Positions 1 through 9,514 of a stretch of DNA of 64,000 nucleotides are shown here, one piece after another. Each line of letters begins with the position of its first letter. Within the stretch, counting starts at the first letter, position 1. The notes under the pieces were generated by a model. That model was not told the origin of the DNA, did not search any database, and was given only the letters and a program-made list of their open reading frames with translations. A program made the translations under genes and the position numbers. The DNA is taken from positions 62,001 through 126,000 of the IMG/VR virus record IMGVR_UViG_3300048121_001678; one strand, 5' to 3'.

Positions 1-20
1 AAAGAAATATTAAAGTTTTT

Positions 21-1040
21 TTACTGTGTTTTAAAGTTATGACCTAATAATGATTTCATTCTATCGATATCCTCATTAATTTTCTTTTGTGACTTATCCT
101 CAGTTCCTTCAGACAATGCTGACATCACTTCGTCAGGTGACATTGCCGCCTTATCACTTTTAGATTTACCAGCCACATCCTCTACAGGTTGTACTGCTTT
201 GTTGTAAGATTGTTTCTTCAACTTAGCTAGCCAATTCTTCTTACGTCTGTCGTTAACCTTTTCGTTAGCATCAGTAGCAACCGCATTTGCATATTCCTGT
301 GAGTTACCTGTCTTTGAATCACCTAAGATGTTCATTTCAATCCAATCTTCGTTAGGTTTTATAGCATCATAATCCAAGTTTTCCATACCACCCGAACGAG
401 CAATTTGGTCAATATACTCTTCAACTGCGTCAGATGCGTGGTACTTCATACTCAAGTCCTCACCCATTTCACCATTTCCTTTAGGGAAATCTTTAGGGTC
501 TTCTTCATAACCTTCGTTAGAACCCGCTTTAACGTAGTCTTTCATTTTTTTGTTAACGTCCTTCATTGCTTCGTCGTTAACCTTCTTAGAATCTTTCAAT
601 ACTTTTTCAGTATCTTTCATTCCTTTAGCTTCTTTTTCTTCCATAACCAGTCTTTGGATAAGTTCAACCATTTCTGATTCAGTAAGTGTTATGGTCTTTT
701 TAGTTGACTCATTAACTTCATCTTCCTCTCCTTTAACTGGAAATTTTTTACCATCAACCTCAAAAGAATCTTCACCCTTCTTAATTGCTTCGTCTCTCGC
801 GCCACTGAAAGCGTTTCCTTCTTCCATTTCCTCTTCGTCCATTTCTTCTTCCATACGTTGTTTTTTGATGTCTGAATCGACACCTACAACTTCAGAATCA
901 CGTCCGTCAAACTCGTCTCTTTCTTCAGGCATTTTACCCATGTCTTCTGAAACCGCATCAACAGCTTCTTCTACTTTTTTTGACAATTCTTCATTTAAGA
1001 CCTTGTCAACAATTTTATTTATAGTTTTTTCAATATTCAT
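21..1040 (-). CDS. acidic hypothetical protein, putative internal head/virion protein
   Basis: 339 aa, E/D/K-rich; ITLTESEMVELIQRLV helix motif; C-terminal INEDIDRMKSLL; TATTTAT motif upstream. Confidence 0.6.
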   Translation of the reverse strand: MNIEKTINKIVDKVLNEELSKKVEEAVDAVSEDMGKMPEERDEFDGRDSEVVGVDSDIKKQRMEEEMDEEEMEEGNAFSGARDEAIKKGEDSFEVDGKKFPVKGEEDEVNESTKKTITLTESEMVELIQRLVMEEKEAKGMKDTEKVLKDSKKVNDEAMKDVNKKMKDYVKAGSNEGYEEDPKDFPKGNGEMGEDLSMKYHASDAVEEYIDQIARSGGMENLDYDAIKPNEDWIEMNILGDSKTGNSQEYANAVATDANEKVNDRRKKNWLAKLKKQSYNKAVQPVEDVAGKSKSDKAAMSPDEVMSALSEGTEDKSQKKINEDIDRMKSLLGHNFKTQ

Positions 1041-1070
1041 AATATTTCTTTTTATAATAAATATACGTGA

Positions 1071-2513
1071 TTATCTAAATCTCGCATATGGATTTATTCT
1101 AATACTTGAAAGGTACATACCCAAGCTTGTCATAACTCTATCAACATATTCCATATTATGCATAATAGCACTTTCAACTGGGTCACCTCTGTAAGATTCT
1201 TCTTCTTCCTCTGGCGGTAAGTAACGAGAAATCATTTCATAAAATTCAACAGGTACACTTTGACCTTTGTATTTCAAATCAGATAATTCTACCCATAATT
1301 CAGCATAATTACTATTACCAAAATCATAATCACTAGCCTTACCAAAGAATCCACCAATCTTACCTTTAGGACCAACATCAAGAATTTTTACCTTACCCGA
1401 TAAACCATTATTAGCATTAAACTCAAACTCCTTATCTTTCAACTCTTTGAGTAGAAATTGAGCCTTCTTATCAGGAACTGTTTCTAACCATTCTTTTTGG
1501 TGTTCCTCACTACTCTTTGGTTTATAATCATCGGGTAATTCAATAGTTATTATTTCACCGTCCTCTTGTTCTTGGATATATCCTAATTCCTTCGCTATGA
1601 TATTTCTAACAACATACTCTTCAACATTTGTCTTTTCAGCAGTATTCGAAACGATTTCCTTTACCATCTCTCTTTCAAAGAACTCTAACGCATTTATATC
1701 CCCCTGATTACAGTACGGAAACTTAGAACATTTCTTCTTTACCTTAACATACTTACCACCTTTACCTCCAAACTTTGGGAAGTTCTTGTCTCTAACAGAC
1801 CTTAACTCCTTCTCCACTGTGTCAGGGTTAGATAGTTTTAATGGGTCTTTCTTAGGACCTCCGAATGGTGCGTCATATACACCGGCTGATGCCGATGTTG
1901 TAGCTTCAGTAGCTTCACCACCAGTCTCCATACTCTCTAACTTAGTATAGTATTGTGGGTCTTCATATAAGTGGTCCAACGCAATCTCAATAGCAACCAT
2001 CATTTCTGAGGTATGTTCCATTTCATGTTGTATACCCTTTTTAAACTCATCATAGATTTCGTCTACATCCATATTATGCATCTTAGCGATGTCTTCGATA
2101 TCCATACCATCGGCTTTACCACCTTCAATTTTTTCCTCATTAACAAACCCACCCTCAGGTTTCGTAGTTAACTTAGACTCAGTACCTGGTTGGAACATTG
2201 TATTTTTCTTTGGTTCAGAAAATAATGGGGCTTCAAAACCGCCAGCACTACCAGCACCAGTAGCTTCAGTAGTTTCACCGTTTTCATTTCCTTCGTCCTT
2301 AACAATCTTCATTAAAATCTGATTTAGAACATCCGAGGATTCCTCGGTTGTTTCTTCTTCAACTTCTTCCTCAGCCATATTCTTAGCTTTAGTCAAACTG
2401 ATAAAATTATCAGTAATAGAATCATTACCACTTAACGAGGTCATGTTCTTTGAGAATGCCTTCTGCAAACTCGTTTTAATCATATCTTTAAGTTCTTGCT
2501 CGTTCAATTCCAT
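1071..2513 (-). CDS. acidic hypothetical protein with DUF5661-like domain, putative head protein
   Basis: GIQHEMEHT...EIALDHLYEDPQYYTKL motif; two copies of AT-x-A/S-x-SAG-x-F/Y-x-AP; start moved to MELNEQ at 2513 (TAATG overlap with upstream stop). Confidence 0.6.
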   Translation of the reverse strand: MELNEQELKDMIKTSLQKAFSKNMTSLSGNDSITDNFISLTKAKNMAEEEVEEETTEESSDVLNQILMKIVKDEGNENGETTEATGAGSAGGFEAPLFSEPKKNTMFQPGTESKLTTKPEGGFVNEEKIEGGKADGMDIEDIAKMHNMDVDEIYDEFKKGIQHEMEHTSEMMVAIEIALDHLYEDPQYYTKLESMETGGEATEATTSASAGVYDAPFGGPKKDPLKLSNPDTVEKELRSVRDKNFPKFGGKGGKYVKVKKKCSKFPYCNQGDINALEFFEREMVKEIVSNTAEKTNVEEYVVRNIIAKELGYIQEQEDGEIITIELPDDYKPKSSEEHQKEWLETVPDKKAQFLLKELKDKEFEFNANNGLSGKVKILDVGPKGKIGGFFGKASDYDFGNSNYAELWVELSDLKYKGQSVPVEFYEMISRYLPPEEEEESYRGDPVESAIMHNMEYVDRVMTSLGMYLSSIRINPYARFR

Positions 2514-2761
2514 TACTTCACTGATTTTAACGTTGGTTCCCAAAAACTTCTACGGGTCCACATAATTTTATAGAACTCACGCATTATCTTAACAACAATA
2601 TCATTTATATCTCCCTGTATTTTACCCCTCTGAATTTCCTTCTGAATGGTTTTAATCATCTTGTCCTCAAATTGTTTTAATGTGTTAGAATCCATGAAAT
2701 TTTTGATTTCTTTTCTAATCATCACTTCAATCTCTTTCTTATCTGAATTTGTAAGTGCCAT
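2513..2761 (-). CDS. hypothetical protein
   Basis: 82 aa ORF coupled to both neighbours by TAATG overlaps. Confidence 0.7.
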   Translation of the reverse strand: MALTNSDKKEIEVMIRKEIKNFMDSNTLKQFEDKMIKTIQKEIQRGKIQGDINDIVVKIMREFYKIMWTRRSFWEPTLKSVK

Positions 2762-3342
2762 TATTTACCTATTTTCCAATACATACGACCTGATAACACT
2801 GGTTGTAAATCTTGATTCACACCCAACCCTAAACCGAACATATTTTTTTGTTTATTTTTATACATAAATTCACCACCTAAATAATTAAGTTGGTCTTTCT
2901 TTCCTTGGAGACCTATACCCCAATAAAACTCTCTCTTATTAAGATATATTTCTTTTGTTATAGTTGTTGTCGGTATTTTAATGTTCGACACAAAACTTCT
3001 ACTTGAAATACTATTCATTGTTATAGTATCATTTAAAACTAAAAAACCTAACGTATCTAATGTTAGGGTGTCCACATAACTATATTTTGAATAGTAATCA
3101 TTTAATATCATCATCGTATCCACATATGATGGTACTGTATCGTGTTCAACAACAACCTTTGTTCTCCATTTTGGTACATACTCTGTCTGTACAACCTCAA
3201 CAGTATCCCATTTAGTCTCTATAGTTACAATAACCTCTGGTTCTACCACAGGTTTTTTTCTACTACATTGACTTTGGAATAATAGTATCACCACCAAAAC
3301 GATGATTAATATTGATTGTATTGAACTTAGATATTTCTTCAT
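2761..3342 (-). CDS. membrane-anchored protein, possible spanin-like lysis protein
   Basis: N-terminal hydrophobic helix followed by a Cys (LLFQSQC); C-terminal beta-strand-like region; two genes from the amidase. Confidence 0.4.
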   Translation of the reverse strand: MKKYLSSIQSILIIVLVVILLFQSQCSRKKPVVEPEVIVTIETKWDTVEVVQTEYVPKWRTKVVVEHDTVPSYVDTMMILNDYYSKYSYVDTLTLDTLGFLVLNDTITMNSISSRSFVSNIKIPTTTITKEIYLNKREFYWGIGLQGKKDQLNYLGGEFMYKNKQKNMFGLGLGVNQDLQPVLSGRMYWKIGK

Positions 3343-3950
3343 TACTCTTCTGTAGAATCTATATTTTTAGTTTTCTTTCTTTGTGATAATACTTTCGCCC
3401 ATTTAGACTTAAACTGCTCATAGTAAGATGTTAATTTATTAATTAATTCTATTAAAGAATCATCTAATTTAATCATATCACCATTAACGTACACTCCGTT
3501 ATTTTCACCTATCGAATAGAAAAATTCTAAATCAAAGTCAATCACCTTACCACTCCATTCAACATTATTTGGATAGATGTGTAAAGTACCGAAGTCTGAT
3601 AAATCAGATACTTGTTCAACAAAATCATCCATAGTCTCTTGAAACGATGACTTCTCTTCTGTAGATAACTCTAATTCTTGTTTATCTTTACCATGTAATG
3701 TAACGATACCACCAGACACTCTATAAGATTCGCTCTTATCCTCTTTAGGTGTTGTTTCAATATCAATTTCATCTTCAATGTCGGCACCAATATTTATAGG
3801 TTCATCCGTCAAGTCGGTTACGACCTTTTCTTCTTGTTCATTGAGTAGACCCATTCTTTTTAGCGTCTCTCTCGATTCTTTTAAGTTTTCTTTACCTAAC
3901 ATCCTCTTAGATGCACTAAGTAAAGATTTCATTTCATCATACTGATTCAT
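3342..3950 (-). CDS. acidic hypothetical protein
   Basis: 202 aa ORF overlapping neighbours; YDEMKSLL and LLNEQ motifs. Confidence 0.65.
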   Translation of the reverse strand: MNQYDEMKSLLSASKRMLGKENLKESRETLKRMGLLNEQEEKVVTDLTDEPINIGADIEDEIDIETTPKEDKSESYRVSGGIVTLHGKDKQELELSTEEKSSFQETMDDFVEQVSDLSDFGTLHIYPNNVEWSGKVIDFDLEFFYSIGENNGVYVNGDMIKLDDSLIELINKLTSYYEQFKSKWAKVLSQRKKTKNIDSTEE

Positions 3951-4542
3951 CTTCTAATACTTTTAAAAATTCTTCATAGTCAAAAGCTGGACTTAAATCT
4001 GTTACATCACTAGTGTAGTTACTTCTTGAAACTATACCTTCATATAATTCGACATTATCCACCTTTACATTATGACCTATACAGGTCTTTGGTATATCAA
4101 ACATATCACATAAATCTAAACATAATTCCTGTACAGATTTCATCTGAGATTCAGTATACGGGTCCCAAAAAAAGTTACCCCTCCACTTCCTGTTATACAC
4201 ACCTTTACTATAAATATTACCAATCCAGTTAATGTAAGAAGCATTTAGTGGGTTTTTCTTCAACCAGCCTAAATTCTCCAATGAAATAACAATAGTTTGT
4301 TTCTTATTTTTAAACCCTTTAAGATAATTAGAGTGTAACTCAGGGTCTATTAATTGAAAAATCCTCCCATCTTTTCTAATAAGATAGTGAGGAACTTTCA
4401 GGTATTTACCATTATGTCTATTTTTTAATGAGGTGATATAGTCACCACCTTCACGTGATGTATGAGTTAATAGTATTTGTTTTTTATTTTTCCACTTACC
4501 TACACTATTAAATCCTGTCAATTCTTGTATTTCTGTTAGCAT
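3937..4542 (-). CDS. N-acetylmuramoyl-L-alanine amidase (Amidase_2-like), putative endolysin
   Basis: ILLTHT, PHYLIRKDGRIFQL, ISLEN, YTESQMKS..L...L, DLSPAF motifs. Confidence 0.8.
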   Translation of the reverse strand: MLTEIQELTGFNSVGKWKNKKQILLTHTSREGGDYITSLKNRHNGKYLKVPHYLIRKDGRIFQLIDPELHSNYLKGFKNKKQTIVISLENLGWLKKNPLNASYINWIGNIYSKGVYNRKWRGNFFWDPYTESQMKSVQELCLDLCDMFDIPKTCIGHNVKVDNVELYEGIVSRSNYTSDVTDLSPAFDYEEFLKVLEDESV

Positions 4543-5671
4543 TACGAGGTTGATATCTCAAAGTCTTTATCTGAGGGGTTTTCACATCCTCAACTTTTAC
4601 TTCTTCTATTGTAGTATTTTTTTTAGAATTTTCAATGTTTTCTAACGATTGTCTTAACTTCTCAATATCCTGTTCGGTTGGATTTATTGGTGTCTTCTTA
4701 TCAATCTCAGGTTCTTTTAACTCATCAATATCCTCATTAGTTAATTCATTAACCACATCATTTAATTCGGTCCCCAATACTTTTTCTAAACCATTCTCAT
4801 CGTTTTCGTCAAAATCTTCTTTAACCACTTTTTTTGGTGTGTCAGTTTTTTTTACGTCTCTAATTCTATCAAACGCAAAATTCGCAGCAATCACCAACGA
4901 TATCGCTAAAGGGTCAAATACAAATATTATTATTAACATTAATATATTAACAACATTACCCATCGGTACGTTAGTCAATTCACTAATATATTTTAGTGGT
5001 CCAAGTTCTGAGGTAATTTCTGAATTACTCTCAACATCTAACACTTTTAATTCTATCGATGTAATAGAGTCTGTTGCGTTTTCTAATTTAGTACCCAACA
5101 AATCCCTAGACGTAACCGCGTCATTAAGTTCTTTTTGTAATGCCTTTCTTGTTGATGAGGACGTTGTTGTTATAATCTGACCTGTCTCTCTATCTTTGTA
5201 CTGAATCACATTGTTAGATAGACCATCTCTTAAATCTTTAATACTTAAATCTAACGATTTTTTCTCAGATAAATAATATTCTCTATTCTCAACAAAACGA
5301 GCCTTTTTAAGTTCTAACACCTTAACCTCCTTATCAACTACACTCGATAAGTTAGCCGTTTCTTGATATGCACCAGATAGAAAACCGTAAATACCTACAG
5401 ATGTTATAAGTATTAATACTATTGTCGCAATTGATAGATATGCCCTTAACACTTTATTGAGTTGACCCCAATATTGATATAGTAATGATGCAATTACTAA
5501 TTTAGCGAACTCTAACGTACTTGCCATTATTAGCACCTGTAACGAGGCTCCCGCAAATAATTTCGAGAGACCCGTTACTGAATAGAATGCTGCAGACGCA
5601 CTAACTGATAGTGCCGATAATGTAATTATTGTTGGAAATATCCTTTTTTGTATCCATTTTAAAATATTCAT
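4508..5671 (-). CDS. multi-pass membrane protein with central coiled coil
   Basis: three N-terminal TM segments, coiled coil, C-terminal TM (IIFVFDPLAI), acidic tail. Confidence 0.7.
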   Translation of the reverse strand: MNILKWIQKRIFPTIITLSALSVSASAAFYSVTGLSKLFAGASLQVLIMASTLEFAKLVIASLLYQYWGQLNKVLRAYLSIATIVLILITSVGIYGFLSGAYQETANLSSVVDKEVKVLELKKARFVENREYYLSEKKSLDLSIKDLRDGLSNNVIQYKDRETGQIITTTSSSTRKALQKELNDAVTSRDLLGTKLENATDSITSIELKVLDVESNSEITSELGPLKYISELTNVPMGNVVNILMLIIIFVFDPLAISLVIAANFAFDRIRDVKKTDTPKKVVKEDFDENDENGLEKVLGTELNDVVNELTNEDIDELKEPEIDKKTPINPTEQDIEKLRQSLENIENSKKNTTIEEVKVEDVKTPQIKTLRYQPRNANRNTRIDRI

Positions 5672-5713
5672 AGCTATGTTTTTTTAGGTTTACCCTATAC
5701 TATAAATAGTTTG

Positions 5714-6538
5714 TTATATGTAATCAAACAATTCTGAACTATCGTTACGTAATTTACGAAGTGCTTTCTCCTTAATTTGTCTTACTCTTTCTTTAGTTAA
5801 GTTAAAGTCTGTACCGATATCTTCAAGTGTACGTGCTGTACCTGATATACCATAATAGTCTTGAATAATATGTTTCTCACGTTCGTCCAATACGTTCATT
5901 ATTTCTAACATCTTATTCTTTAACAAACTTTTTGTACAAAATGACTCATCAGGTTGAACTGCATCCATGTTTTGAATTAAATCAACTAAGGTGTCACCTT
6001 CTTCATTTATATTCATATCCAAATCAATAACCTTTGGTAACCTACTAAACTTATCATCCAAATCCTTATTGGTTTTTTGTGCTTCTTTCTTAGCACGATG
6101 TAAATCTTGTACCACATTAACTGGTAGACGAATGGTACGTGAGTTTTCGTTAAGCGATTGGATAATTGATTGCTTAATCCACCACACGGCATAACTAATA
6201 AAACGTAGTTTCTTTGTCCAATCAAAGTTTTTAATCGCTTTCATCAATCCTAAATTACCTTCAGCAATTAAATCACTCATTGGTAATCCTTGATTCTGAT
6301 ATTGTTTTGCAACTGTTATGACAAACCTTAAATTACCCTGAAGTAGTTCTTGGTGGATGGCATCCATCTCCAACTCTGTTGGGTTACCTGAACAAACCAT
6401 CTCTGATAGTTCTTTTTCTCTTTCAGGTGTCATCACCTTAATCTTTCTAATGTCTGAAAGATACATCTGTATCTCATCTTGGTTCAATGGTGAACTCATA
6501 GTTTTCTCTGTTTTATTTTTGTTTATATTCATTTGCAT
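5714..6538 (-). CDS. RNA polymerase sigma factor, RpoD/SigA (sigma70) family
   Basis: region 1.2 YLSDI; region 2 NLRFVITVAKQY, DLIAEGNLGL, RFISYAVWWIKQSI; region 4 TLEDIG..FNLTKERVRQIKEKALRKLR; start may be 6532 or 6499. Confidence 0.95.
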   Translation of the reverse strand: MQMNINKNKTEKTMSSPLNQDEIQMYLSDIRKIKVMTPEREKELSEMVCSGNPTELEMDAIHQELLQGNLRFVITVAKQYQNQGLPMSDLIAEGNLGLMKAIKNFDWTKKLRFISYAVWWIKQSIIQSLNENSRTIRLPVNVVQDLHRAKKEAQKTNKDLDDKFSRLPKVIDLDMNINEEGDTLVDLIQNMDAVQPDESFCTKSLLKNKMLEIMNVLDEREKHIIQDYYGISGTARTLEDIGTDFNLTKERVRQIKEKALRKLRNDSSELFDYI

Positions 6539-7112
6539 ATTTGTCTAATAGTAATCTATCCTTCAAAGATAAGCTATCCACACCGTTTTCCATCATATTA
6601 TCTAATATTTCATCCATAGTAGGTTCAGTATCTTTTTTAACCATCATTGGGTCAACATCATCATCTTCTTCAAATTCAAAGTTTAATCCCATATCTTTTG
6701 TAAAGTAACTAATTAACTTATCTAACTCATCATCACCTTGCTTCGCTTGTCTTTGAACCTCTTCTAACGTTGGGATGTCCATAATCTTTACGTTTTCGTT
6801 TTCTTCATCCAAATCGAATAGATTCTCCGCCAATCCTTTAGGTAACTTAACCGAACTCTTCTCTGATAACGGCATTAAAAAATATTCATAAGTGTCCTCT
6901 TGTAAGGTTGTGTAAATAAATTGTTTAAACTCATCAAAAGGAATGTCAGTCGTTATTTTTAAAACCATATGATACGGTCCATATATATATTTAATTGTTT
7001 CATCATTACTAGTTAAGATGATTGACTCACCAACGTTGTACACACTACTTTCTGTCGTGAAGTTACCAAATACGAATAATAAGTATGTTTCAGTGTTATT
7101 TTCTTTATCCAT
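6513..7112 (-). CDS. hypothetical protein with short C-terminal DEILD..G.DSLS helical motif (DUF6576-like)
   Basis: ATG at 7112 preferred because the TTG at 7130 lies inside the promoter. Confidence 0.6.
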   Translation of the reverse strand: MDKENNTETYLLFVFGNFTTESSVYNVGESIILTSNDETIKYIYGPYHMVLKITTDIPFDEFKQFIYTTLQEDTYEYFLMPLSEKSSVKLPKGLAENLFDLDEENENVKIMDIPTLEEVQRQAKQGDDELDKLISYFTKDMGLNFEFEEDDDVDPMMVKKDTEPTMDEILDNMMENGVDSLSLKDRLLLDKYANEYKQK

Positions 7113-7127
7113 GTTATTTATTTTTTT

Positions 7128-7160
7128 CAAATATACGACTATTTATCTATTAAACCCAAA
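7128..7160 (-). promoter_or_regulatory. Bacteroidota-type housekeeping promoter (-33 TTTG / -7 TAnnTTTG)
   Basis: minus strand TTTG (7160-7157), 21-nt spacer, TATATTTG (7135-7128); upstream of the operon containing the sigma factor. Confidence 0.7.
7140..7146 (+). promoter_or_regulatory. TATTTAT putative phage late promoter motif
   Basis: same motif recurs in sense orientation upstream of about 12 transcription units. Confidence 0.5.
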
Positions 7161-7164
7161 GATT

Positions 7165-7809
7165 ATGAAAAAAATTTCATTAACTGAGTCTCAGTTGACA
7201 AATATAATACAAAAAGTTGTAACTAAGAAATTAAGTAAACTAAATGAGGATTCTGCCGACATTAATCAAGATGGTGTTATTTCACCAGAAGAATTATACG
7301 AACACTTTGACCTCGATGGTGACGGAGTGGTAACAATGGCGGATTACGCGGCTCACGTTGATTTTCATTGTGAGAACCCTGAATTACTTCAAAAAGAAAG
7401 AGAAACTGAAGATTACATATCCAAAATGGAACAAGACCGTGAACCGTTTGTAGCATTCTTTGGTGTTGACGGAATGGCTCCGATGATGGAGCAAGAAGAA
7501 GATGATTACGAAGAAGAAGACATGGACGAACAACCAGGAAAATACCCTGTTGAAGATGCAATGTTCGACTTAGACGATTCTGATGTTGCGGATATCATGT
7601 CAACTGACGGACCAACAAGAAGGTTCAGAGGTTCCATCTATATTGATGAACTTATCCCTGAGACTGACGATGTTGAGTATGACAGAAAACTAGCAATCAA
7701 AGTATTAGAGAATTACGCTAAGAAACTTCCAACCCATGAATACTACATTGGTGGGGCAGGATTTAAACAGAGAAGTTTAATCGAACCTTACGACAATATG
7801 GACTTCTAA
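7165..7809 (+). CDS. EF-hand-containing acidic protein
   Basis: DINQDGVISPEE and DLDGDGVVTMAD loops; N-terminal KISLTESQLTNIIQKVV; start set at ATG 7165. Confidence 0.75.
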   Translation: MKKISLTESQLTNIIQKVVTKKLSKLNEDSADINQDGVISPEELYEHFDLDGDGVVTMADYAAHVDFHCENPELLQKERETEDYISKMEQDREPFVAFFGVDGMAPMMEQEEDDYEEEDMDEQPGKYPVEDAMFDLDDSDVADIMSTDGPTRRFRGSIYIDELIPETDDVEYDRKLAIKVLENYAKKLPTHEYYIGGAGFKQRSLIEPYDNMDF

Positions 7810-7828
7810 CTAAACCACTATATATAAT

Positions 7829-7860
7829 AAAAAAACCCACCATTACAGTGGGTTTTTTTT
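7829..7860. terminator. bidirectional intrinsic terminator
   Basis: A-tract-CCCAC-loop-GTGGG-T-tract between convergent genes. Confidence 0.85.
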
Positions 7861-7862
7861 AT

Positions 7863-8588
7863 TTAGATAATTTCACAATTTATATCATTAATACCAAATT
7901 CCTTAGCAACCATCTCGATTCTTTTAATCTTAGTTACGTTAGAACCCCAAGTAGACATATATAACCCATTCTTCATCAAAACTCTATCATAAGGTTTGAT
8001 TGAGTCTCTGAAACTTTCAAAATCCTCTTTGAAGAACTGACCAAATGTTTCATTAACCTTTGTTTTTTCAATACCTTCAGTGATTTCGTTCATAACACCC
8101 ACATACGTTTCTTTAGCGGTACTATTCATATAAACTTTACTACCTAAGGTAACCTTAAGGTTTGTTGATTTAGCTCGACCGATAGTTTTCTTAACTACAC
8201 TCTTCTCCTCTTCAGTCAATGTCATATCATTATCAACACTGAAACCTAAATCAATTTCTTTAATGTCAAGGTATCCCACCATCTTATCAATTCTTTCATT
8301 GAAAGAGTCAATGTCTCCAACATTAAACCATTCAGTGGTAATATTTCTACGGTCATCGTATTCTTTAATCACTCGATAATCATCAAAACAGACGTGAAGG
8401 ATACCTTCCAACTTATTCATATCCTGAGTTTCAAATACTCTAATCATCAATACATCAAATGGTAGGTGAGTCGAATTAAGTTGAGTCTCACGAATCTTAT
8501 ATTGTTTTGACAATCCAATCTTGTGATAACCATTTACGAAGTTACCACCATGGTCAATAATTCTTGCAACATAAACATATCCTTCCAT
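7863..8588 (-). CDS. GIY-YIG/T5orf172-like nuclease domain protein
   Basis: GYVY...KIGLS...RETQLN...LEGILH...EWF. Confidence 0.8.
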   Translation of the reverse strand: MEGYVYVARIIDHGGNFVNGYHKIGLSKQYKIRETQLNSTHLPFDVLMIRVFETQDMNKLEGILHVCFDDYRVIKEYDDRRNITTEWFNVGDIDSFNERIDKMVGYLDIKEIDLGFSVDNDMTLTEEEKSVVKKTIGRAKSTNLKVTLGSKVYMNSTAKETYVGVMNEITEGIEKTKVNETFGQFFKEDFESFRDSIKPYDRVLMKNGLYMSTWGSNVTKIKRIEMVAKEFGINDINCEII

Positions 8589-8591
8589 ATC

Positions 8592-9191
8592 TTAATCTTT
8601 TAATCGTTCTCCTGTTTCTTTGATAGTGAATTGTGACATATTATTTGTACCACTACCACCTCTCTTACCGTTTACAAATTTAACAATTCCATTGTTATAA
8701 AGTTTGTTTGGAGTGTCAAAAGTTTCACCTTTGAAGTGTAATAATCCTTTTGTGTCTAATTTTACCTCATATTCTACACCCTTATACTTTCTGATTAGTA
8801 TAGTGTCCTGTCCTAATGATTCTGCCAATACCGAAAGTCTATTATCAACTTCAACAGAACTGTTTTCTTTCTCTTGCTCCATATCGAAGTGTTCCGCTTC
8901 GTATGCGTTCATAAAGTTGATGAATTCACCAGTCAATGTGTCTTCGTCATCTTTGAACCATTCTCCGTGGGTTCTACGACTATCTAAGATGGAATGTAAC
9001 ATCTTCTCCACCTTATTCATGTTATCGACCTTAAAGACAGTCACAACTTTGTAACCAACAGGTGACTTTGTTCTATTAAGTTGATTTTCTCTCTGTACAG
9101 GATTAATAGATAAACCAATTTTTTTGTCATTGATATCCATCTGTCTTCCCATAACATCGTATAATTCTCCTAAGTAAATATATCCCTCCAT
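8592..9191 (-). CDS. GIY-YIG/T5orf172-like nuclease domain protein
   Basis: GYIY...KIGLS..P..RENQLN...VEKMLH...R..GEWF. Confidence 0.8.
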   Translation of the reverse strand: MEGYIYLGELYDVMGRQMDINDKKIGLSINPVQRENQLNRTKSPVGYKVVTVFKVDNMNKVEKMLHSILDSRRTHGEWFKDDEDTLTGEFINFMNAYEAEHFDMEQEKENSSVEVDNRLSVLAESLGQDTILIRKYKGVEYEVKLDTKGLLHFKGETFDTPNKLYNNGIVKFVNGKRGGSGTNNMSQFTIKETGERLKD

Positions 9192-9448
9192 TATCCTAAG
9201 TGATTTTTAAATTCTCTCATCTCTTGTTCTTCGTATCTTTTGTATTGTTCTTCACGACGCAAGACACTCATAAAGTCGAAGATGTATTTCTTAACCTCGT
9301 TGAGGTGATTGTTAACGTCCATTCCACGGTCCAACATCTCTTGACTATCAGATAGGTTAGATGCCACTCGCATCAACACATCAGTGGTTTTCAACATTTC
9401 AGCCGGTAAAAATTCTCCGTACTTCTCACAAAATTCAACTTTGGTCAT
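9191..9448 (-). CDS. hypothetical protein
   Basis: 85 aa, TAATG-coupled to the downstream gene. Confidence 0.7.
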   Translation of the reverse strand: MTKVEFCEKYGEFLPAEMLKTTDVLMRVASNLSDSQEMLDRGMDVNNHLNEVKKYIFDFMSVLRREEQYKRYEEQEMREFKNHLG

Positions 9449-9471
9449 ATCTCTATCGTTTTATTATATTA

Positions 9472-9502
9472 CGAATATACAACAAAAAAGGGACTCTCAC
9501 AA
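9472..9502 (-). promoter_or_regulatory. Bacteroidota-type promoter variant
   Basis: TTG-N20-TATATTCG upstream of the ATG at 9448. Confidence 0.45.
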
Positions 9503-9510
9503 GTCCCTTT
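9485..9510 (-). terminator. intrinsic terminator after dCMP deaminase
   Basis: minus strand AAAGGGACT-TGTGAG-AGTCCCTTTTTT. Confidence 0.8.
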
Positions 9511-9514
9511 CAAA

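Noticed and set aside
7018-7164. N-terminal extension of the EF-hand ORF in the track
   Set aside because: Overlaps the divergent gene and the promoter region; ATG 7165 follows the TATTTAT motif
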